This document shows, one piece after another, positions 51,571 to 62,025 of a stretch of 64,000 bases of DNA (its first letter is position 1; each line of letters opens with the position of its first letter). The stretch is from an uncultured Candidatus Rokubacteria bacterium (GTDB taxonomy: Bacteria > Methylomirabilota > Methylomirabilia > Rokubacteriales > DASRDR01). The stretch spans positions 174,820 to 238,819 of the forward strand of contig CAWGVS010000011.1 in the NCBI GenBank assembly GCA_963826115.1, written 5' to 3'. The notes below the pieces were generated by a model. It was not told the origin of the DNA. It saw nothing but the letters and a program-made list of their open reading frames with translations, and did no database searches. Made by a program: the position numbers and the translations under genes.

Positions 51571-53130
51571 ATGGCAGTGAGCCGCCGAGCCTTCCTCAAG
51601 ACGACCGGAACAGGCGCCGTGGCCCTGGCGGCGACTGGCCTCGGCCGCTCCGCCCACGCTCAGAAGAAGCAGGTGGTGACGATCGCCTTCCCGGAGACGG
51701 TCACGTCGATGGACCCGCATCCCGCGCCGCGCAACAGTCCGCGGGAGTCGATGTACGAGGCGGTATTCGACCGCTTCCTCCAGCAGGACCGGCAGGGCAA
51801 GTACGGGCCGCAGATCATCGAGAGCTGGCAGTGGACCGACGGCAAGATGGGCATGGCCGTCAAGATCCGCCAGGGCATCAAGTTCCACGACGGGTCGGAC
51901 CTCACCGCCGAGGACGTGGCCTTCAGCATGAACCGGCTGAAGGAGGTCTCGATCTACAAGGCGACGTACGCGAAGGTCAAGGAGTACCAGGTCCGCGACA
52001 AGGCCACCCTCCAGCTGGTCTTCGAGCGGTTCGACCCCTCGTTCCCGCGCTGGCTCGGGTTCCTGGCCGGTTTCGTCATCCCCCAGGGGTACTTCCAGTC
52101 GCTCGGCCCTGACGACAAGGCGCGGGGTGAGGAGTTCGCGCGGAAGCCGGTGGGGTCGGGGCCGTACCGCGTCGTCGCCTTCACGCCCGGGAGCACGCTC
52201 GTGCTCGAGGCCTTCGACCGATACTGGAAGGGCGCGCCGCCGATCAAGCGGGCCGTCTTCAAGATGGTCACCGACCCGACTGCCCGGGTGGCGGAGATCC
52301 TGTCGGGGAACGCCGACATCACGTCCGAGGTCCCTGTCGAGGAATTCGGCCGGCTCTCGACTCAGCCGTCGCTCAAAGGCGTGAAGCAGCCGGTCGCGGA
52401 CATGGCGCAGATCTTCCTGAATCCCCGCTTCGAGCCCTTCAAGAAGGAAGAGGTCCGTCTGGCGGTCCACTACGCGATCGACAAGAAGGCGATCGTCGAG
52501 AAGGTCCTCCTCGGGTTCGGCATGCCGCTATCGCTCACCGAGGCGCCGCTCTACGACGCGTACGACCCGTCATTCAGCTTCCCCCACGACCCCGCCAAGG
52601 CCCGGCAGCTCCTCCAGACGGCCGGGTACTCGGCGTCCAACCCGCTGCGCCTCAAGGTCATGACGACGCGCGGTGTGCGGGCGAAGGACTTCGAGTTCAT
52701 GTCCGCGATCACCCAGATGTGGAAGGACGTCGGCATCGAGGGGGAGCTCGAGGTCATCACGATCCCTCAATGGTTCCAGTTCCGGACAGCCCGGGGGCAG
52801 GGGGGCCAGGACCTCGCCCCGCTCTCGCTCTACTTCTGGTCCAACCCGACCGGGGATCCGATCAACTCCGTCGGCTTCCAGAACAACGTCAAGGGGCCGT
52901 TCCGCGTGTGGGAGTCCGAGGACGTCGTGCCCCTGATCGACCCGATCTTCGACGAGCGCGACGAGGCGAAGCGCATCGCGGCGGCGAAGAAGGCGGCGCG
53001 ATACATCGTCGAGAAGGGCTACGTCGTCCCGCTCTTCCAGGTGGTCCAGCCGATCGTCATGAAGAAGGATCTGGCCTACCAGCCGTTCCCGACCGGCGTG
53101 CTCGTACCGCAGGAGATGTCCTGGATGTAG
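51571..53130 (+). CDS. Family 5 (Dpp/Opp-type) ABC substrate-binding protein with Tat signal
   Basis: SRRAFLK twin-arginine motif, KFHDGSDLTAEDVAFS, PVGSGPY. Confidence 0.92.
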   Translation: MAVSRRAFLKTTGTGAVALAATGLGRSAHAQKKQVVTIAFPETVTSMDPHPAPRNSPRESMYEAVFDRFLQQDRQGKYGPQIIESWQWTDGKMGMAVKIRQGIKFHDGSDLTAEDVAFSMNRLKEVSIYKATYAKVKEYQVRDKATLQLVFERFDPSFPRWLGFLAGFVIPQGYFQSLGPDDKARGEEFARKPVGSGPYRVVAFTPGSTLVLEAFDRYWKGAPPIKRAVFKMVTDPTARVAEILSGNADITSEVPVEEFGRLSTQPSLKGVKQPVADMAQIFLNPRFEPFKKEEVRLAVHYAIDKKAIVEKVLLGFGMPLSLTEAPLYDAYDPSFSFPHDPAKARQLLQTAGYSASNPLRLKVMTTRGVRAKDFEFMSAITQMWKDVGIEGELEVITIPQWFQFRTARGQGGQDLAPLSLYFWSNPTGDPINSVGFQNNVKGPFRVWESEDVVPLIDPIFDERDEAKRIAAAKKAARYIVEKGYVVPLFQVVQPIVMKKDLAYQPFPTGVLVPQEMSWM

Positions 53131-53138
53131 TCCGCGTT

Positions 53139-53169
53139 CCCCGGGGAGCCGCGCACGGGCTCCCCGGGG
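53139..53169 (+). terminator. GC-rich stem-loop after the SBP gene
   Basis: ccccggggagcc / ggctccccgggg 12-bp stem, 7-nt loop, 8 nt after the stop; no U-tract. Confidence 0.5.
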
Positions 53170-53322
53170 GATCGCCATCCTGCTCGCCGGCAGAATTCCT
53201 CGATGGCCCTCGGGCTCGCCGAGCGCGTCTCCGTCATCGACGACGGCCGAGTCGTCCACACGGGTCCCGCCACCGAGCTCGGGAGGGACCCCGCCCTATG
53301 GCACCATCTCCTGGCCGTCTGC
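53168..53322 (+). pseudogene. C-terminal remnant of a LivF-like ABC ATPase
   Basis: GIAILLA/QNSSMALGLAERVSVIDDGRVVHTGPATEL...LLAV matches LivF C-termini; no Walker motifs. Confidence 0.6.
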
Positions 53323-53563
53323 GAGGCAGGATGCGCGCGCCGTGTTCCTTCCCGGGGGTCGGGGTCAAGATCGACGCGGATTCCCGGCGGCCTCGTTGCT
53401 TGTTCGTAGTCGAGCGAGCCGACGGCACGCTCTGGGTCGTCGACTCCTCGCGCGTGGAAGCGCGCGCTAGTCGCTCGTCCGCCGGCACGGCTCAGCCCCA
53501 GGCCCCAGGGCGTCGTCCCGTCTCACCTGCGGACTGCCCACGGTCTCGTGACACGTCTGCCGG

Positions 53564-54814
53564 TCACGGCCTGCCGCTGAAGAACAACCAGCTGACGACG
53601 GCGAAGACCGGCAAGAGAATGCCCGCGCTGTAGACCATGTAGCCGAAGAAGGACGGCATCCGCACCCGGGTCGCCTCGGCGATTGCCTTGATCATGAAGT
53701 TGGGGGCGTTCCCGATGTAGGTGTTCGCGCCCATGAACACGGCGCCGGCGCTGATCGCGGCGAGGATCGTGTGGGGCATTCTCACGACCTCGTCAGCCAG
53801 GTGGAGCCCCTGGCCCAGGGCGAGGAAGGCGAGGTAGGTCGGCGCGTTGTCGAGGAACGACGAGAGTGCCCCCGTCGCCCAGAAGAACTGCCAGGGCTCA
53901 CGCACGCCGAGCTCGCCCCCCCGCAGGTGCAGCAGCTCGAGCGCAGGGATCATCGTGAGGAAGATTCCGAAGAAGAGCACCGCGACCTCGACCATCGGGT
54001 GGGGCGTGAACTCGTTGGCGTGCCGCACCGCCCGCGGAGTCTGCCACAGCGAGAGCCCCGCGAGGGCCAGAATCGCCGCCTCCCGCCAGGGAGCGTGGAG
54101 GAACGCCACACCGAGCAGGACGCCCGCGAGCCACACGAAGTTGAGGGCCCCGGCGATCCGGAGCGGCCTCCGCTGCTCGATGTCCCGGGACACGACCTCG
54201 GCCGGTTCCCGTCCGTAGGCGACCGAGTCCCAGACGAAGTACGCGAGCAGGAGGACGACCACGGTGAAGAGCCAGTGCGGCAGGAGCCTGAAGGTCCACG
54301 TGAAGGGGACGCCCTCGAGATAGCCGAGGAAGAGCGGCGGGTCACCGAGCGGGGTCAAGAGCCCTCCGACGTTGGCGACCAGGAAGATGAAGAAGACGAC
54401 GGTGTGCGTGACCTCCGTCCGCTGGCGATTGGTCTGGAGGACCGGACGGATCAGGAGCATCGACGCCCCCGTGGTGCCGAGAAAGGAGGCGAGGACGCTA
54501 CCGGTCGCCAGGAACGTCGTGTTCACGAGCGGCGTTGCCCGCAGGTCGCCGGTCAGGCGGATCCCGCCGGCGATCACGTAGAGGGCCGTGAGGAGGAGCA
54601 TGAACGAGACGTACTCCTCGGCCGTCTCGAGGAGCGCGTGCGGATGGCGCGTCGCGTAGAGCCCCACGACGGGGAGGCCCAGCGCGCAGGCCAGCACGAG
54701 CTTGTTCCGATTCGACTCCCACCAGTGAGGGATCCAGAGCGGGCAGACGGCGATCGCGAGGAGCATCGCCGCGAAGGGAATGACCGTGTAGACGGGCAGG
54801 GGTTCGGTGGGCAT
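53564..54814 (-). CDS. Putative Na+/H+ antiporter (ion transporter superfamily)
   Basis: GTTGASMLLIRP, ANVGGLLTPLGDPPLFLG, LSSFLDNAPTY, YIGNAPNF, MPSFFGY. Confidence 0.88.
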   Translation of the reverse strand: MPTEPLPVYTVIPFAAMLLAIAVCPLWIPHWWESNRNKLVLACALGLPVVGLYATRHPHALLETAEEYVSFMLLLTALYVIAGGIRLTGDLRATPLVNTTFLATGSVLASFLGTTGASMLLIRPVLQTNRQRTEVTHTVVFFIFLVANVGGLLTPLGDPPLFLGYLEGVPFTWTFRLLPHWLFTVVVLLLAYFVWDSVAYGREPAEVVSRDIEQRRPLRIAGALNFVWLAGVLLGVAFLHAPWREAAILALAGLSLWQTPRAVRHANEFTPHPMVEVAVLFFGIFLTMIPALELLHLRGGELGVREPWQFFWATGALSSFLDNAPTYLAFLALGQGLHLADEVVRMPHTILAAISAGAVFMGANTYIGNAPNFMIKAIAEATRVRMPSFFGYMVYSAGILLPVFAVVSWLFFSGRP

Positions 54815-54938
54815 CGAGCCTGACGATATGCTGGCTCCCGCAATGCTGGCAACACACCTTGCGGCCGGTGTCGAGCTGCGCTAGAGTCCGGCCAATCGTC
54901 GACATGCTCGCGGCGAGTGCCGGACCCGAGCCCTGGTC

Positions 54939-55949
54939 ATGTCCTTCCGCTTCCTGCTGAGCCGTCTCTTCCTGGCGATCCTCTCGCTCTGGGGCGTGAG
55001 TCTGCTCGTCTTCGCGATCCTGCGGATCCTGCCGGGCGACCCCGCCATCCTCATGGCGCCGGTGGGCTCGACCGTGCAGGATCTCGAGCGCGTCCGGCGT
55101 GAGTTCGGGCTGACCGGATCCTGGTGGGCGCAGTACGGCGCTTTCTTTCTGAGCCTCTGTCGCGGGAACTTCGGGCGTTCGCTCTGGCTCCAGCAGGACG
55201 CGCTCCGTGTGATCCTGGAGCGACTGCCGGCGACCCTCGAGCTGGCGGTCACCGCCCTCGTGCTCGCGACTGGAGGCGGCATCCTGCTCGGCGCCTGCTC
55301 CGTGTGGCGGCGACGGAGCTGGCTCGAGTCGGGCACGGTGTCGCTGGGAATGCTCGGGATCGCCGTCCCGAACTTCGTGTGGGGTCTCCTCCTCATCGTC
55401 GTCTGCGGCGCCATCCTCCAGGTCCTGCCCGTCTCGGGCCGGATCGCCCCCGAGTACGAGGCGGCCGAAGTGACGGGCTCGGCCGTCGTCGACGTCGTGC
55501 TCCGGCGCGATGCCGCCGCGCTGGGCTCCGTCTTCGCGCACCTGATCCTTCCGGCGAGCGCCCTGGCGTTGCCGCTTCTCGCGGCCGTGTTCCGCACGAT
55601 CCGCTCGGATCTCCTCGGCGCGCTGGGCGAGGAGTACGTCGTCACGGAGCGCATGAAGGGGCTCGGCGAGGCGAGGATCCTGTTCTGGCGGGTCCTCCGC
55701 AACGCGCTCATCCCGACCACCACGCTGGTAGGGGTCCAGTTCGGCTTCCTCATCGGCGGGACGGTGCTGATCGAGACGATCTTCGCCTGGCCCGGCATCG
55801 GGCAGCTCACGCTCCAGGCGTTTCAATACCGGGACTTTCCCTTGATCCAGGGGATCGTGCTCGTCTACGCGGTGACGGTCATCGCCTCCAACCTGGCGGT
55901 CGACGTCGCGTACGTGTTCCTGAACCCCCGCGTCCGCCTGGCCCAATGA
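54939..55949 (+). CDS. Peptide ABC permease (DppB-like)
   Basis: LPGDPA, RLPATLEL, KGL...RNALIP, ETIFAWPGIG, DFPLIQG. Confidence 0.93.
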   Translation: MSFRFLLSRLFLAILSLWGVSLLVFAILRILPGDPAILMAPVGSTVQDLERVRREFGLTGSWWAQYGAFFLSLCRGNFGRSLWLQQDALRVILERLPATLELAVTALVLATGGGILLGACSVWRRRSWLESGTVSLGMLGIAVPNFVWGLLLIVVCGAILQVLPVSGRIAPEYEAAEVTGSAVVDVVLRRDAAALGSVFAHLILPASALALPLLAAVFRTIRSDLLGALGEEYVVTERMKGLGEARILFWRVLRNALIPTTTLVGVQFGFLIGGTVLIETIFAWPGIGQLTLQAFQYRDFPLIQGIVLVYAVTVIASNLAVDVAYVFLNPRVRLAQ

Positions 55950-55956
55950 GGGGGGC

Positions 55957-56781
55957 ATGAACGGGAAGCTCTGGGCGGGCGGCGCGATCGTGCTCCTCCT
56001 GCTCTTCCTGGCGGTGGCCGGGCCCACGCTGGCACCTCACGACCCGAACCGGCAGGACCTGGTCTCGGTCCGCCAGCCGCCCGTCTGGGCCGGGGGGACC
56101 TGGCGGCACCCGCTCGGCACGGACAGCCTCGGGCGCGACATTCTCTCTCGCCTTCTGTGGGGCGCGCGCGTCGCGGTGGTCGTCGCCGTGGCGAGCGCGG
56201 CCATCTCGGCGCTGATCGGAGTCCCGGTGGCCCTCATCGCGGGCTACGTCCGCGGACGCGTCGACACGGCGCTGATGCGTGTGGTGGACGTCTGGATGTC
56301 GATTCCGGCCGTCCTCCTGGCCATCGCGCTCATGGCCGTCCTCGGCCTCGGACTCTGGAAGGTGGTCCTGGCGATCGTGATCGTCGATTGGACGCGCTTC
56401 GCGCGCGTGATCCGCGGCGAGGTCCTGGCGCTCCGCGAGCGCGAGTTCGTGGAGGCGGCCCGGGCCATCGGGCTCCGTCCGCTCCGCGTGATGGCCGAAG
56501 AGCTCCTGCCCAACCTCGTCCCCCTGATCATCGTGCTGGTGTCGCTCGAGATGGCCATCGCCGTCGGTGTCGAGGCGCTGCTCTCGTTCGTCGGGCTCGG
56601 TGTCCAGGCGAGCACGCCGTCGTGGGGCGCGATGATCGCCGAGGGGCGCGGGTACCTCATGGTGAGCTGGTGGGGCATGGGCGTTCCGATGCTGGCCCTG
56701 ATCGCGGCGGTGGTGGGCTTCAACCTCTTGGGCGAAGGGCTGCGCGAGCGGCTCGACCCACGGCTCCGCACGGCCGCGTGA
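55957..56781 (+). CDS. Peptide ABC permease (DppC-like)
   Basis: HPLGTDSLGRD, EFVEAARAIG, LSFVGLG, PSWG, LDPR. Confidence 0.93.
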   Translation: MNGKLWAGGAIVLLLLFLAVAGPTLAPHDPNRQDLVSVRQPPVWAGGTWRHPLGTDSLGRDILSRLLWGARVAVVVAVASAAISALIGVPVALIAGYVRGRVDTALMRVVDVWMSIPAVLLAIALMAVLGLGLWKVVLAIVIVDWTRFARVIRGEVLALREREFVEAARAIGLRPLRVMAEELLPNLVPLIIVLVSLEMAIAVGVEALLSFVGLGVQASTPSWGAMIAEGRGYLMVSWWGMGVPMLALIAAVVGFNLLGEGLRERLDPRLRTAA

Positions 56782-56791
56782 GCGCACGTCG

Positions 56792-57750
56792 ATGACCGCG
56801 CCGGTCCTGGAGATCCACGGTCTGACCGTCCGCTACGGGACGCGGCTCGCGACGTCGGCGGTCGACCTCACGCTTCGAGCCGGCGAGATCCTCGGCCTCG
56901 TGGGCGAGTCGGGAGCCGGGAAGTCGACCGTCGGACGCGCCGTCGTGCGCCTCCTGCCCGAGCCCGGGCGGGTGGAGACCGGGGCGATCCGCCTCGAGGG
57001 CCGCGACCTCCTCGCCCTGACCGAGCGCGAAATGCGGCGTCTCCGCGGTGCTGATGTCGCGCTCATCCCGCAGGATCCCCTCTCCGCGCTCAATCCCGCG
57101 TTCCGGATCGGCCTCCAGGCGACGGACGCGCTCCGGATCCACCGCGGTCTCTCTCGTGAGGCTGCAGGCGCGGAGATGATCCGGCTCCTCGGACATCTCG
57201 GCCTCCCCGAGCCGGCGGAGGTGCTCCGGCGCTATCCCCACGAGCTGTCCGGAGGGATGCGACAGCGCGTCCTCATCGCGATGGCGTTCTCCTGCGAGCC
57301 CACGCTCGTCATCGCCGACGAGCCGACGACGGCGCTCGACGTCACCACCCAGGCCCAGATCCTGCGGCTCCTCGAGGAGCTCCAGGCGGAGCACCACGTC
57401 GCGACGCTGTTCGTCACCCACGATCTTGGCGTGGTCGCGCACCTGGCGCACCGGGTCGCCGTGATGTACGCGGGGTGTCTCGTGGAGTCGGCCCCCACCC
57501 GGGAGCTCTTCCGCGCGCCCGCGCACCCGTACACGCAAAGCCTCCTGACCCAGGTGACGCGGGCCGACGCCCGTGCCGAGGCGAGCGCCGGGCTCGAGGG
57601 GCTGATGCCGGTCCTCGAAGCGCCGCCGGTGGCCTGCCCGTTCCGCGCCCGGTGCCCGAAGCGCATGACGGTGTGCGACGAGAGGATGCCCGTGCTCGGC
57701 GAGCTGGCTTCCGGCCACGTGGTCGCCTGCCATCTCCACCGAGCCTCGTG

Positions 57751-57751
<1 letters not shown>
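56792..57751 (+). CDS. Peptide ABC ATPase (DppD-like)
   Basis: [39 protein letters not shown]. Confidence 0.93.
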
Positions 57752-58716
<965 letters not shown>

Positions 58717-58846
58717 GCGGAAACGGCCACAGACCACGGGCCGCCGTCGGCCAAAGGTTGGCTGATCAGATCCGCTCGGTGAGATCCGTCCGATCGACTG
58801 CGTTCGATCAGACGGGAGAGGTCCGTCCCGGTGTGTCGAGGGCAGC

Positions 58847-59335
58847 GTGGTGAGCGACGAGGACGCGGCCCGGCGAGCGGCCGAGCTCTGGCAGGAGGGC
58901 TGTCGCCTCCAGATGGCGGGCGAGCTCGACCGGGCGATCGACGCCTACCGGCGCTCGATCCAAGTTCACCCGACGGCCGAGGCGCACACGTATCTCGGCT
59001 GGACGTACAGCTTCCAGGGAAAGATCGACGAGGCGATGGCCGAATGCAGGCGGGCGATCGAGATCGATCCGGAGTTCGGCAACCCGTACAACGACATCGG
59101 CGTGTACCTGATGCAGCGGGATCGGCTGGACGAAGCGATCCCCTGGCTCGAGAAGGCCAAGGTCGCGAAGCGCTACGAGCCTCGGCAGTTTCCCTACATG
59201 AATCTGGGGCGGATTCACCTCCGGCAAGGCCGCTGGTGGGAGGCGCTTCGCGAGTTCGAGGGCGCCGTGCGCGCGGCTCCGGCCGACGCCGAGGCGCGGA
59301 AAGCTCTCCACACGCTGCGAGGGCGACTGAACTGA
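58847..59335 (+). CDS. Tetratricopeptide repeat protein
   Basis: TAEAHTYLGW, DPEFGNPYNDIG, YMNLGR. Confidence 0.85.
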   Translation: MVSDEDAARRAAELWQEGCRLQMAGELDRAIDAYRRSIQVHPTAEAHTYLGWTYSFQGKIDEAMAECRRAIEIDPEFGNPYNDIGVYLMQRDRLDEAIPWLEKAKVAKRYEPRQFPYMNLGRIHLRQGRWWEALREFEGAVRAAPADAEARKALHTLRGRLN

Positions 59336-60069
59336 TGCCCGGGCGAGTGGCGCTCGTCACCGGCGCGACGCGCGGCATCGCCCGCGGCATCGCGTTGGAT
59401 CTCGCGGGACGGGGCTGGTCCGTCGCCATCTCGTTCCGGACGGACGCGCGCGCCGCGGAGGAGACGCGAGCCGGCATCGAGGCCGCGGGAGCTCCCGCGC
59501 TCGCGCTCCAGGCCGATCTCGGCGACGCTGCCCAGGCGCGGGAGCTGGTCGCCCGGGTGGAGGCGGCCTGGGGGCGTCTGGACGGTCTCGTGCACGGGGC
59601 GGGGCCGTACCACGATGGGCCCCTTCTCGAGGAAACGCCGGAAAGATGGCGGGAGACGTTCCGCCAGAACCTCGATCCGCTTCTCTTTCTTGCGCAGGCC
59701 GCCGCGCCGGGGATGCAGGCCCGGCGATGGGGCCGAATCCTGGGGCTGGGTCTCGCCACGGCCGACCGTCTTGCCGCCCAGCCCAACGTCACCGCCTACT
59801 ACATCGCGAAGGCCGGCCTGCTCATCCTGGTGCGGTCGCTGGCCAAGGTCCTCGCCCCCCACGGCGTCACCGTGAACGCGGTCTCCCCGGGGATCCTCGA
59901 GACGCCGGGCTACCCGCGCCCCGACCTCGATGCCCTGCTCCGGCGGATTCCCGCGGGGCACCTGGGGCAGATCGACGATGTCGTCGCCGCCGCGCGCTTT
60001 CTTCTGTCCGAGGATGCCGGCTACGTGACCGGAGCGAACATCCACGTGAGCGGAGGCTGGGGCGTCTGA
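59335..60069 (+). CDS. SDR family oxidoreductase
   Basis: TGATRGIA, YYIAK, NAVSPG, TGANIHVSGG. Confidence 0.9.
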   Translation: MPGRVALVTGATRGIARGIALDLAGRGWSVAISFRTDARAAEETRAGIEAAGAPALALQADLGDAAQARELVARVEAAWGRLDGLVHGAGPYHDGPLLEETPERWRETFRQNLDPLLFLAQAAAPGMQARRWGRILGLGLATADRLAAQPNVTAYYIAKAGLLILVRSLAKVLAPHGVTVNAVSPGILETPGYPRPDLDALLRRIPAGHLGQIDDVVAAARFLLSEDAGYVTGANIHVSGGWGV

Positions 60070-60121
60070 CCGTGGGCACTCATCGAGCCCAGAGCCGTCG
60101 GACGCGCGAGGAGGAGCCAGG

Positions 60122-60901
60122 ATGACCGACCCGCTTCGCCACCTCTCCGTCAGGCGGACCGGCGGAGTTGCGACCGTCGCGCTCGACCGGCCGCCCGTCA
60201 ACGCGGTCGACCTCGAGGTGATCGACGAATTCCTCCGCGTCGTCGGAGAGCTGGCCGCCGACCGCGCCGTGCGGGCCGTGATCCTCACCGGCCGGGAGCG
60301 CCGGTTCTGCGCCGGCGCCGACATCGCCATGCTGCAGGACTTCTCCCCGGAGAACCAGCGCCGGGCCCGCCGATGGGTGGAAGTGCAGGCAGGCCTCGAA
60401 GCGATGGAGAAGCCGGTGGTCGCGGCCATCAACGGCTACGCGCTCGGCGGCGGGGCGGAGCTCGCGCTGGCCTGCGACGTCAGGCTGATGGCGCGAGACG
60501 AAGAGATCGGGTTCCCCGAGATCCGGCTCGGTTTCCTCCCGGGCGCTGGCGGCACCCAGCGCCTGACTCGCCTCGTGGGACCGGCGCGGGCCCTCCGGCT
60601 CATGATGGAAGGCCGACACCTCGCGGCCGACGAGGCGCGCGCCCTCGGGCTCGTCGACGAGGTCGTGGCGGCGGACCTCCTTCCGCAGGCCGCGCGCGAC
60701 GTCGCGGAGCGCCTGGCGAGCGGCCCCACACGTGCGATCGGCCTCCTGAAGCGCTGCGTGTATCGCGGGTATGGCCGGCCGCTCGACGAGGGCCTCGCGC
60801 TCGAGGCGGAGGCCGTGTCGGAGCTCATCCGCACGGCCGACGCGCGCGAAGGGATGGACGCGTTCCTCGCGAAGCGCCCGCCGCGCTTCACGGGCGCGTG
60901 A
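60122..60901 (+). CDS. Enoyl-CoA hydratase (crotonase)
   Basis: FCAGAD, NGYALGGGAE, PEIRLG, PGAGGTQRL. Confidence 0.93.
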   Translation: MTDPLRHLSVRRTGGVATVALDRPPVNAVDLEVIDEFLRVVGELAADRAVRAVILTGRERRFCAGADIAMLQDFSPENQRRARRWVEVQAGLEAMEKPVVAAINGYALGGGAELALACDVRLMARDEEIGFPEIRLGFLPGAGGTQRLTRLVGPARALRLMMEGRHLAADEARALGLVDEVVAADLLPQAARDVAERLASGPTRAIGLLKRCVYRGYGRPLDEGLALEAEAVSELIRTADAREGMDAFLAKRPPRFTGA

Positions 60902-60988
60902 CAGGCTCCGGAGCACGAGCGAAAATCGTGGGCCGATAGCAACCGCGCGTTTGGCGTGCGGCGCCGGTGGCGCTGAGAGGAGCGGGCG

Positions 60989-61315
60989 ATGAGCGTTCTC
61001 GGGGAGGGCGGCTTCAAGGCGGTGCGCACCCACGATCTTGCGTGGCGTCCCTCGACGATGGCGGCCGGGGTCTTCGTCAAGGACGTGGCCGTCACGGACG
61101 GATGGGAGATGCAGATCGTCCGCGTCGAGCCCGGGGCGCGGTTTCCGACGCACACGCACGAGGGCCCGGAGTTCCTGTTCGTCCTGGAGGGCGAGCTCGT
61201 GCAGGCTGGGCGTCGCCTGGGCCCTGGCTGGGCAAGTGTCGCCAGCGCCGGAACGGTCGATGAGGACGTGTATTCGGAGAAGGGCTGCCTGTTCGTGTTG
61301 GTGGATCACGCCTGA
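60989..61315 (+). CDS. ChrR-like cupin domain protein
   Basis: PGARFPTHTHEGPEFLFVLEG, GCLFV; GAGGAG RBS. Confidence 0.82.
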   Translation: MSVLGEGGFKAVRTHDLAWRPSTMAAGVFVKDVAVTDGWEMQIVRVEPGARFPTHTHEGPEFLFVLEGELVQAGRRLGPGWASVASAGTVDEDVYSEKGCLFVLVDHA

Positions 61316-61358
61316 CCGCGGGGGATCCGGGCGGCGCATCCTGTGGGGCGCCGTGCGA

Positions 61359-61976
61359 TCAGCTCGCTGCTTCGCCCACCTCCGGTCGGAACTGGACGCT
61401 GATCCGCGGGCCCGCGAGCGCCGTCTTCGGGACGGCATGCTGCCAGGTCCTCTGGCAGCTCCCGCCCATGACCAGGAGATCGCCCCAGCCGAGATTGAAG
61501 GCGCGCGAAGGGCCGCCCGCCGCCGGCCGCATCAGAAACCGCCGCGGCTCGCCCAGCGAAAGGATCGCGACCACCGTGTCGTCGACCAGCCGGCCGAGGC
61601 GATCCCCATGCCACGCCACGCTGTCCCGTCCGTCCCGGTAGTACGCCAACGAGATGCGGGACAGGGCGATGCCGTAGTGGCGTGACAGAGCATCGGCGGC
61701 CTGCTCGAGCAGGGGATGGCCGGGACCGTCCGCCGGCAGCTCCGCGGTCAGCCGGGGGACATCGACCACGCGCTCGTACATCGGGCGCTGATGATGCTCC
61801 CAGCGCGTTGTGAGGCGGAGCGCCTCGAAGACGGCGTCCGGCCCATGGAGCCAGCCCGGCCGGTGATCGACCCAGGCGCCCGCCCCCAGCGTCAGCCGCC
61901 GTAGACGCGACAGGTCGGGATCCAGGTGGGGCTCCCCGGATCCGAACAGGCTGGACTGGATCGCGAGAGACGGCAT
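61359..61976 (-). CDS. AlkB-like 2OG-Fe(II) dioxygenase
   Basis: YYRDGRDSVAWHGD (HxD), SLG, WQHAVPK, RISVQFR. Confidence 0.9.
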   Translation of the reverse strand: MPSLAIQSSLFGSGEPHLDPDLSRLRRLTLGAGAWVDHRPGWLHGPDAVFEALRLTTRWEHHQRPMYERVVDVPRLTAELPADGPGHPLLEQAADALSRHYGIALSRISLAYYRDGRDSVAWHGDRLGRLVDDTVVAILSLGEPRRFLMRPAAGGPSRAFNLGWGDLLVMGGSCQRTWQHAVPKTALAGPRISVQFRPEVGEAAS

Positions 61977-61982
61977 ATCCAG

Positions 61983-62010
61983 ATGGTACTCATCACGTGT
62001 TGCGTGTCAA
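61983..62010 (-). promoter_or_regulatory. Putative sigma70 promoter of the alkB-like gene (leaderless)
   Basis: TTGACA (62010-62005), 16 bp, TACCAT (61988-61983), 6 nt before the ATG. Confidence 0.55.
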
Positions 62011-62025
62011 GAGTCCGAGCCGGAG

